From an uncultured Flammeovirgaceae bacterium (GTDB taxonomy: Bacteria; Bacteroidota; Bacteroidia; Cytophagales; MED-G16), in assembly GCA_913052485.1 (NCBI GenBank), contig CAJXDN010000003.1:4602-68601 (forward strand): 64,000 nucleotides of DNA, in the 5' to 3' direction. The translations under genes were made by a program, and so were the position numbers. Positions within the stretch are counted from its first letter, which is position 1. Every line of letters begins with the position of its first letter. This document shows positions 1-7,658 of this stretch, piece after piece. The notes beneath the pieces are model-generated. The model saw nothing but the letters and a program-made list of their open reading frames with translations. It did not search any database and was not told where the DNA came from.

Positions 1-1229
<1,229 letters not shown>

Positions 1230-1298
1230 TCAATTATCAAATTATGGAATATTATCAAATTAATTTTCTTATAATTTTTTTAAATATTTCTGTAACAA

Positions 1299-1306
1299 TA
1301 TATTTG
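1299..1306 (+). promoter_or_regulatory. Bacteroidetes-type -7 promoter motif (TATATTTG) for tRNA-Glu
   Basis: TATATTTG matches TAnnTTTG and sits 12 nt upstream of the mature tRNA 5' end. Confidence 0.45.
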
Positions 1307-1318
1307 CACATCTAATAT

Positions 1319-1390
1319 GGTCCCTTCGTCTAGGGGTTAGGACGCCAGGTTTTCATCCTGGAAACAGGGGTTCGATTCCCCTAGGGACTA
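1319..1390 (+). tRNA. tRNA-Glu (anticodon TTC)
   Basis: The sequence folds by hand into a cloverleaf. The 7-bp acceptor stem is GGTCCCT/AGGGACT, the anticodon stem is CCAGG/CCTGG with loop TTTTCAT, and the T arm contains GGTTCGATTCC. No encoded CCA. Confidence 0.95.
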
Positions 1391-1398
1391 CAACTTAT

Positions 1399-1426
1399 AA
1401 ACCCATCTTATAGATGGGTTTTTTTT
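1399..1426 (+). terminator. rho-independent terminator hairpin after tRNA-Glu
   Basis: AAACCCATC-loop-GATGGGTTT followed by a T run. Confidence 0.6.
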
Positions 1427-1449
1427 AATATTTTAAATTATATTAAAAG

Positions 1450-2949
1450 ATGTTTAATTTTTTTAAAAGATTTTACCTTGTATTTTTCTTTTTTGTTAAT
1501 TTTCAATGCAATACAATTGATAATGATGCAGATCCAACTTTAACATTAGAGTTAACTCAATTAAATTTTGAATCACCTAGTAATTTGTTGTATCCAAATT
1601 TTATAGGTAACACTTATCATTATGGTTTAAGTTTTGATAATGACTCATTATTATATATTAATGCTCAGTCTAAAAATAATTCTACTGAAATTTATATAAA
1701 TAACATCTTTATAGGTTATGGATCAATAAATTATGAACTAGAATTAAAAAATCCTAATGATAATATTATAATTGAATTAAAAAATAAAGGTAATTCACTC
1801 AAATCTTATTTACATAAAATTTATGATAATTATCCAAAAGTTGACTTAGTAAAAAGTTCTAATTTAGTTGATGATGGTTTTATAATATTAAGCCCTAGAT
1901 ATCAAATTGATAATGAATATAAAACTTCTTTAATGATCATAGATAACAATGGTATTCTTAGATATAAAAAAATTATAGAAGGAAATGCTGTAGACTTCAA
2001 AAGACACTCTAATGGACAATATTCATATGCTTTACGTGAAGGTAAAAATGATTTTAATCATTGGACGAGTGAAATTATTATTCTAAATCAATTTTTTGAA
2101 GAAGAAAATAGACTAAAATGTATTAATTTAAATCATACAGATCCCCACGATTTTCTAATAACTGAAGAGGGTAATTATATATTATTATCTTATCATACAA
2201 ATTTTAGGGATTTTTCTGAATGGGGTTATTCTGAAAATGAACCAGTTAGAGAATCCTATATTCAAGAAATTTCAAAAGATGGAAATATTATTTTTGAATG
2301 GAATTCTTGGGATAATATTGACATAAATGGTTGTTTAAATCATAGATTTCCTGATGATTATTCACACATAAATTCAATTCAAGTTGCTCCTGATGGTAAT
2401 TTAATTGCTTCTTTTAGAGGTTGTTCTTCAATTCTTAAAATAAATAGATTAAGTGGTAAAACTATATGGAGTGTAGGAGGAGCAAATCCAAGTTTAAATA
2501 TCGAAGGTGATTTCTATGAAGAATTTTGTGGGCAACACACTGCATCTGAAAGCCATGATGGATACATTTATATTTTTGATAATGGTGGTCATTGTAATGG
2601 TGAAAGAGAAGATAAATTTGGTTCATTTAGCCGTGCTTTACAATATAAACTAGATATTGAAAATAACAGATTAGATTTTATTAGAGATTATTCATTTAAA
2701 AATGAATATAATAAATATACATCCTCTGGAGGATCTTTTTTTACAACCAGAAATGGAAATTGGTTAATTAATTGGAGTAGAAATATTCATACAATAACTG
2801 AAGTGTCTAATGAAAATAAAATTGAAATGGAATTTAATTTATTATTGAATAATGATACTCTTAGCTCTTATAGAGCTTATAGAATATATGATATTGAACT
2901 TCCTTTATTAATTAATGGAAATCTTACTTTCGAAAAATTTAGTAATTAA
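1450..2949 (+). CDS. aryl-sulfotransferase-like (ASST family) beta-propeller lipoprotein
   Basis: Signal peptide ending NFQC (lipobox-like). Segments HDFLITEEGNYILLSYH, SHINSIQVAPDGNLIASFRGCSSILKINRLSGKTIWSVGG and QHTASESHDGYIYIFDNG resemble PAPS-independent arylsulfate sulfotransferases. Confidence 0.6.
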   Translation: MFNFFKRFYLVFFFFVNFQCNTIDNDADPTLTLELTQLNFESPSNLLYPNFIGNTYHYGLSFDNDSLLYINAQSKNNSTEIYINNIFIGYGSINYELELKNPNDNIIIELKNKGNSLKSYLHKIYDNYPKVDLVKSSNLVDDGFIILSPRYQIDNEYKTSLMIIDNNGILRYKKIIEGNAVDFKRHSNGQYSYALREGKNDFNHWTSEIIILNQFFEEENRLKCINLNHTDPHDFLITEEGNYILLSYHTNFRDFSEWGYSENEPVRESYIQEISKDGNIIFEWNSWDNIDINGCLNHRFPDDYSHINSIQVAPDGNLIASFRGCSSILKINRLSGKTIWSVGGANPSLNIEGDFYEEFCGQHTASESHDGYIYIFDNGGHCNGEREDKFGSFSRALQYKLDIENNRLDFIRDYSFKNEYNKYTSSGGSFFTTRNGNWLINWSRNIHTITEVSNENKIEMEFNLLLNNDTLSSYRAYRIYDIELPLLINGNLTFEKFSN

Positions 2950-3010
2950 TATTATATAAGTAAAAAAGGATATCAGGTAGTTTTGAATGTGAGAAATTTA
3001 AGAGATTTAG

Positions 3011-3031
3011 GGTTCGATTCCCCTAGGGACT
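3011..3031 (+). repeat. orphan copy of the tRNA-Glu 3' end (T arm plus 3' acceptor strand), a direct repeat of 1369-1389
   Basis: GGTTCGATTCCCCTAGGGACT is identical at both sites. Imperfect similarity continues into the downstream hairpin. Confidence 0.9.
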
Positions 3032-3040
3032 GCAACCTTT

Positions 3041-3067
3041 AAAACCCATCAATTGATGGGTTTTTTT
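3041..3067. terminator. bidirectional hairpin terminator between the ASST-like gene and the convergent ABM-like gene
   Basis: Perfect palindrome AAAACCCATC-AATT-GATGGGTTTT with flanking T run. The stop codon of the minus-strand gene lies in the T run. Confidence 0.6.
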
Positions 3068-3473
3068 AATACCTTGTATAACCTCCAATACTTGAACGGA
3101 AGTCTAACTCAAGGCCATGATCTTTTATGTAAGATCTCAGTTCATCTGAGACATCTCCTAAGTATATTATGCTCTCGAATGTATAGATATTTGAGAAATT
3201 TCCAAACTCCTCTTGAAGATCTCCCCCCTCAGCTAATATTCTGCTGAGATGATTTTTGAAAGCGTTTTCATCACTATACCTCTCATAAAGTGTTACCTTT
3301 TTCTCATCTTTAGAGATCAAAAACCTCCAGGAAATTGTATTCTCCTCAGTTTCAGATATAAGTTTAGCATAACTATCACTCCAGTCCCTTGTGTCAATTG
3401 TCCTGTTGTCATTCACAGATAGTTCACAAATTATTATAACCTCTTTATTTTGTTTATCATTTATTGTTTCCAT
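3066..3473 (-). CDS. hypothetical protein, ABM-like (dimeric alpha/beta barrel) domain
   Basis: The pattern VIIICELSVN...ISWRFLISKDEKKVTLYERYSDENAFKNHL resembles antibiotic-biosynthesis-monooxygenase-type domains. Confidence 0.4.
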   Translation of the reverse strand: METINDKQNKEVIIICELSVNDNRTIDTRDWSDSYAKLISETEENTISWRFLISKDEKKVTLYERYSDENAFKNHLSRILAEGGDLQEEFGNFSNIYTFESIIYLGDVSDELRSYIKDHGLELDFRSSIGGYTRY

Positions 3474-3550
3474 ACTTAAAATTTATTCATAGTTATCTCT
3501 AAAAAATATTACTATGTTCATTAAATTATTTAAGGATTTATAAGTGAATT

Positions 3551-4054
3551 TTAATTTTGAGACTCTAAATATCTTACTATCTCGCCACCATACCATGTAG
3601 GATCTATAATTCCTCCGGTTGCAATAATTTTTCCGCCTTTCCACTCCCAGTTCCCATAGTATTGTATATTTTTAGATTCACCCGTTATTTTAGATTTTCC
3701 ATACCAGGTTAGCCAATGGTTAGTAAATATTCTACCATTATTGTAGTACATGGTAGTAATTGTAAGGTTGTTTTGTTGTATATCATCAAAAATTTCTTGG
3801 TCTCTTTTATATGCTGCAATCCACTCATCCTTCCCGTACTCAACTCCATTTACTGTATTTACTGCATCATCAGCCATGTACTCTGCCGTTATCTCAAAGT
3901 TACCATCAACATACGCTTTTGACAATTTTCTTATTATTTTACTTTCCTCACTATTCTCATTTATTGTACCTGACCAATTTCCATTATCCACAACAACACC
4001 TTGATTACATGAGATTAGTAAAGTTGTTAGGGTAACAATCAATAATTTTTTCAT
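3551..4054 (-). CDS. NTF2/SnoaL-like lipoprotein (paralog of 9970-10479)
   Basis: Lipobox LLISC. Shares the C-terminal block YYNNGxxxTNxWxTxxGKxKxTGxxxxxxxxxxWxWxGxKI with the 9970-10479 ORF. Confidence 0.5.
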   Translation of the reverse strand: MKKLLIVTLTTLLISCNQGVVVDNGNWSGTINENSEESKIIRKLSKAYVDGNFEITAEYMADDAVNTVNGVEYGKDEWIAAYKRDQEIFDDIQQNNLTITTMYYNNGRIFTNHWLTWYGKSKITGESKNIQYYGNWEWKGGKIIATGGIIDPTWYGGEIVRYLESQN

Positions 4055-4233
4055 TTTTTTACTTTTTAAGTTTTACATAAAAATTTTACAATAATTATAA
4101 TACGATATATTAAAATAAGAATTTTTTCATAAAATGATTTATTAAAATCATGAATTTTTAGATGTAAAATTTAATTTTTCTAAAATTCTATAAATAATAC
4201 CCTTGAAAATTTTTCATTGATTTTTTATGTCAG

Positions 4234-4283
4234 TGTCAACTTATTAATTCAAATTTTCTGTCAATGTATCATTAATTCAAAAT
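4234..4283 (+). promoter_or_regulatory. two imperfect direct repeats (TGTCAA-N3/6-ATTAATTCAAA) upstream of the YceI-like gene, candidate operator
   Basis: TGTCAACTTATTAATTCAAAT at 4234-4254 and TGTCAATGTATCATTAATTCAAAAT at 4259-4283. The second ends 18 nt before the ATG at 4301. Confidence 0.3.
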
Positions 4284-4300
4284 ATTCGTTATGAAGAATT

Positions 4301-4861
4301 ATGAAAAACATATTAATACTTTTTATTTTTTATTTATCTCCATCTATCATTCTTTCAAAAGAAAGCAATGTAGATGTTGAGAAGAGTTTTATAAAATGGA
4401 CAGGTAGAGAGATCACAACCAGTAATCATTTTGGAAAACTTAACATAAGTTCAGGTAACATTGAAGTAACTGAAAACGAAGTTATTGGTGAGGTTGTAGT
4501 TGATATGGAGTCTTTATTAGTTGAGGATTTGCAAGGAGAATGGGCAAGAAAGTTAGAAGGACATTTGAAATCAGACGATTTTTTTTCTGTTGAGAAGTTT
4601 AAAAAATCTACTTTAAAGACGACTTCTTCAAAAAGAAAATCAGATGGTCTTTATGAAGTTGATGGTGTATTGACAATAAAAGATATCTCACATCCTATTT
4701 CGTTCGATATAAATGTAAACGGTGATATTTTAAAAACTAATTTGACTTTTGATAGATCATTATATAACGTAAGATTTAGATCAGGTTCTTTTTTTGAGAA
4801 TCTTGGCGATAAGTTAATATTAGATGATATTGAACTAGAAGTTACGCTCCATTTAAATTAA
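4301..4861 (+). CDS. YceI-like domain protein (secreted)
   Basis: Signal peptide. FIKWTGREITTSNHFGKLNISSGNIEV, LEGHLKSDDFF and ISHPISFDINV match the YceI family pattern. Confidence 0.75.
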   Translation: MKNILILFIFYLSPSIILSKESNVDVEKSFIKWTGREITTSNHFGKLNISSGNIEVTENEVIGEVVVDMESLLVEDLQGEWARKLEGHLKSDDFFSVEKFKKSTLKTTSSKRKSDGLYEVDGVLTIKDISHPISFDINVNGDILKTNLTFDRSLYNVRFRSGSFFENLGDKLILDDIELEVTLHLN

Positions 4862-4929
4862 TCATTTAAATTATTATATAATTTAGAACTATTATAAATT
4901 AAAAAATTATCTGTTTTTAGCATAACTAA

Positions 4930-4937
4930 TAGTTTTG
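4930..4937 (+). promoter_or_regulatory. -7 promoter motif (TAGTTTTG) upstream of the CDGSH mini-ORF
   Basis: Matches TAnnTTTG, 36 nt upstream of the ATG at 4973. Confidence 0.35.
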
Positions 4938-4972
4938 TTACTCGTTGTATTGACTGAATTTAAATATTAAAA

Positions 4973-5068
4973 ATGAGTACTACATTTAAAAACAAACCGT
5001 TGTGTCAGTGCGGAAATACATCTGATGAAAATGGTCTCTGTGACGGGTCTCATTCCCGAAACAAATAA
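4973..5068 (+). CDS. 31-aa mini-protein with CDGSH iron-sulfur motif (below the ORF-track size cutoff)
   Basis: Translates to MSTTFKNKPLCQCGNTSDENGLCDGSHSRNK*. CxC-x9-CDGSH compares with the consensus CxCx2(S/T)x3PxCDG(S/A/T)H and has one extra residue. It has its own -7 motif upstream and a hairpin terminator downstream. Confidence 0.45.
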   Translation: MSTTFKNKPLCQCGNTSDENGLCDGSHSRNK

Positions 5069-5074
5069 ATAATT

Positions 5075-5098
5075 ATTACCCATCTTTTGATGGGTAAT
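5075..5098. terminator. bidirectional hairpin terminator
   Basis: ATTACCCATC-TTTT-GATGGGTAAT forms a 10-bp stem between convergent ORFs. Confidence 0.55.
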
Positions 5099-5365
5099 TT
5101 ATTTGTATTTACTATCAATCAGAGATCTAAGGTTCTTCAGTGATTTTATATAGTTTTCTAAACTCATTACTCTCAAGCCAATATGATAATTCCTATCTGA
5201 TAGTAAATTCTTAAGTCTTAAGTCCTGTAAATTATTATATACATACTCTCTAGAAATCATCTTATCTGATTTATTCCTTTTCTCTTCCGCCCAAGTCCAT
5301 ATTTTTTCATACTTCAAAACTATATGTTTTTTTAATAAATTATGAGAACCATTTATGACTACCAA
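5099..5365 (-). CDS. hypothetical protein (start uncertain: track start is TTG, first ATG gives 5099-5260)
   Basis: ORF only. Overlaps the upstream SRPBCC gene by 26 nt in another frame. Confidence 0.3.
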   Translation of the reverse strand: MVVINGSHNLLKKHIVLKYEKIWTWAEEKRNKSDKMISREYVYNNLQDLRLKNLLSDRNYHIGLRVMSLENYIKSLKNLRSLIDSKYK

Positions 5366-5834
5366 ACATATTTTTTTCTACTGGAATTCCTTTATCGAGA
5401 TAATATTTGATTCCAGTTAATACAGAATGTAGATAGCTTTCAAGCTTAGGAGTTACTACAATTTTATAGGGTAGATATGATATTATTTTTGGGTAGTTAT
5501 TTAGAAAATATGGGTAAACTGTAATAGAAAGACTTGTATTTTTTTTATGAGGGGTAATCTCCCATTTAACCATTGATTTTTGTTTATTTTCTTCACCTAT
5601 GAGAAGGGTGTATCCCTTATTTTCCTTCCAATTAATAAATTTTCTTATGTATATCAGTCCGTTTAAATACTCTAAAATGTCAGAATGGTTATCTTTTTCC
5701 CATTTTATAATTTTATTTTTTTTACAAAATGGATGACATTTATTTAGGTATCCAGGAGATGAAATAAAATTCCATATTGTTTCTTTACTTGCATTAATTG
5801 TGATAGAATTCTGAACTGAATTTTTATATTTCAT
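5340..5834 (-). CDS. SRPBCC (START/Bet v1-like) family protein
   Basis: The N-terminal ITINASKETIWNFISSPGYLNKCHPF pattern and the size are typical of SRPBCC ligand-binding proteins. Confidence 0.55.
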   Translation of the reverse strand: MKYKNSVQNSITINASKETIWNFISSPGYLNKCHPFCKKNKIIKWEKDNHSDILEYLNGLIYIRKFINWKENKGYTLLIGEENKQKSMVKWEITPHKKNTSLSITVYPYFLNNYPKIISYLPYKIVVTPKLESYLHSVLTGIKYYLDKGIPVEKNMFGSHKWFS

Positions 5835-5837
5835 AGT

Positions 5838-6248
5838 TTATCTACTTAAATAATTTGCTTTCTCCTCAGATATTTTTTTAAAGAATTTATGATCGGATTT
5901 ATTTTTGATTCTAATTTTTAAAAAAAATTCGTTAAAATTTATTGTGTAATGATCAGCATCTATTTTGAAGATAATTAACTTATAATATGGAATAGCTAGA
6001 CCAAAAGTTGATTGTTTTGATTTAAAGTATACCATGATACCCTTAGATCTAATTTCAATATTACAGTCATTCAAACTATATGATTTAGATAATAAATCAT
6101 AAATTTTATTATCTGCTTTCTTTATTAAAAGTTTTCTCGAACCTACACCTCTTCTCTTAATTTTATCTAATAAATCAAATTCTTTTCCTATAAGATTATT
6201 AATTTCCTTTTCAATTTTTAAATCTTTGTATGATAAATCCCTCAGCAT
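5838..6248 (-). CDS. hypothetical protein
   Basis: 136-aa ORF, 3 nt upstream of the SRPBCC gene. No motif recognised. Confidence 0.45.
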   Translation of the reverse strand: MLRDLSYKDLKIEKEINNLIGKEFDLLDKIKRRGVGSRKLLIKKADNKIYDLLSKSYSLNDCNIEIRSKGIMVYFKSKQSTFGLAIPYYKLIIFKIDADHYTINFNEFFLKIRIKNKSDHKFFKKISEEKANYLSR

Positions 6249-6254
6249 TAGTAG

Positions 6255-7022
6255 ATGAAACGATATAATTTAAAAAATGATTTAAAAATATTTCTAGATG
6301 AAATGTATGAGTTATATAATACAAAGGAATTTATAGACAAAGATCCTATTCAAATTCCCTATAGATTTTCTGAAAAAAAAGATATAGAAATCTCAGCATT
6401 TTTAACATCAATAATTTCATGGGGAAATAGAAAAATGATTATTAATAATGCTCACAGATTAATGGAAATAATGGATTATAGTCCATATAAATTTATAATA
6501 AATTCCAATGAAAAAGATTTTCATAAAATCTCATTTACTCATAGAACATTTAATGCCGAAGATTTAAAGTTTTTTTTTATTTCCCTGAAAAATATTTACT
6601 TAAATCATGGTGGTCTAGAGAAAGTATTTCACGTAAGCAGAAATGAGGATAAAGTTTTTAATGCAATAATTAGATTTAGAGATATTTTTTTTAGTATTAG
6701 TCATTTGCCAAGAACTCAAAAACATATCTCTAACCCCTTAAAAAAATCTTCATGCAAGAGAATAAATATGTTTCTCAGATGGATGGTTAGGGATTGTAAT
6801 GTAGACTTCGGACTTTGGAAAGGTATTCCTAAATCAAAGCTATCATGTCCTCTTGATACTCATACACTAAGGATTTCAAAAAAAATTGGGATAATTAACA
6901 GAGATAAAAATGATATGATTACTCTAAATGAGTTAGATACTGCATTAAGAAAATTTGACTCAATTGATCCAGTGAAATATGATTTTGCATTATTTGGATT
7001 AGGAGTTGAAAATGGATTTTAG
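6255..7022 (+). CDS. TIGR02757/DUF2400 family protein
   Basis: FLTSIISWGNRKMII, the RWMVR...DFGLW block and SCPLDTHTLRISKKIG resemble the Bacteroidetes-common TIGR02757 family. Confidence 0.65.
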   Translation: MKRYNLKNDLKIFLDEMYELYNTKEFIDKDPIQIPYRFSEKKDIEISAFLTSIISWGNRKMIINNAHRLMEIMDYSPYKFIINSNEKDFHKISFTHRTFNAEDLKFFFISLKNIYLNHGGLEKVFHVSRNEDKVFNAIIRFRDIFFSISHLPRTQKHISNPLKKSSCKRINMFLRWMVRDCNVDFGLWKGIPKSKLSCPLDTHTLRISKKIGIINRDKNDMITLNELDTALRKFDSIDPVKYDFALFGLGVENGF

Positions 7023-7657
7023 CCACCACCTCCATCGCCACCACCTCCACCAGCGTCCCCACCACCATATCCGCCTCCGTCTGCGGCATAAGCTCCGTAC
7101 ATGAAAGCATCTCCTCCAGAGCCGGATGATGTGTATCGATTTACTGTGATATTGTATCTATCTGTCATTGACAAAACGTCCTTTAACTCAAGATTTCTGA
7201 ATTTATAATCAACTAATTTCTTAGAATTTAAATCAATCCTAACGGCATTTTTTTTTGTAAAAGCAATGACTCTATCACCGTAAACAACAAGCTGAGGATA
7301 CACTGAAGAATACCACTTTTTATAGGGATATTTTTCCTCCATTATTATATTTCCAGACTCAATTTCCATTACCACTATATTGAATGATTTATCAACATAG
7401 AAAAGTTTATTATCCTTGGCAATGCAATTACTAAAAGCATTCAATTCCTTATCTCTCCAAAAAAGTTCTCCTGTCTCAATATTTATAAGAGATGTAAACA
7501 TTTTTGTCCATCCATTGAATGTGTAGAGGAATATATATTTATCAAGTCTGAAAGTACTTACAATCTTATTTTTGTCCTCAATAGTCCATTTAGTAGTGTT
7601 ATCTTTTGAGTTAATAAGAGAAATTTTATTTTTTTCTAGAACAATTACATAATACAT
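7019..7657 (-). CDS. hypothetical protein: beta-strand-rich body with C-terminal Gly/Asp-rich low-complexity tail
   Basis: 212-aa ORF without signal peptide. The C-terminus reads SSGSGGDAFMYGAYAADGGGYGGGDAGGGGGDGGGG*. It starts 1 nt after the upstream DUF885-like gene. Confidence 0.55.
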   Translation of the reverse strand: MYYVIVLEKNKISLINSKDNTTKWTIEDKNKIVSTFRLDKYIFLYTFNGWTKMFTSLINIETGELFWRDKELNAFSNCIAKDNKLFYVDKSFNIVVMEIESGNIIMEEKYPYKKWYSSVYPQLVVYGDRVIAFTKKNAVRIDLNSKKLVDYKFRNLELKDVLSMTDRYNITVNRYTSSGSGGDAFMYGAYAADGGGYGGGDAGGGGGDGGGG

Positions 7658-7658
7658 A

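Noticed and set aside
5099-5834. The possibility that the SRPBCC ORF and the overlapping 88-aa ORF are one frameshifted gene (a pseudogene).
   Set aside because: At 164 aa the SRPBCC ORF is already full length for this fold, and the downstream ORF shows no SRPBCC-like sequence. The overlap more likely results from the track choosing an upstream TTG start.
6919-7110. A 63-aa minus-strand ORF spanning the junction of the TIGR02757 gene and the Gly-tail gene.
   Set aside because: It is an artefact of the GC-rich Gly-codon run read in another frame, which has no stops because GGN/NCC repeats lack T/A-rich stop triplets. It overlaps two better-supported genes.
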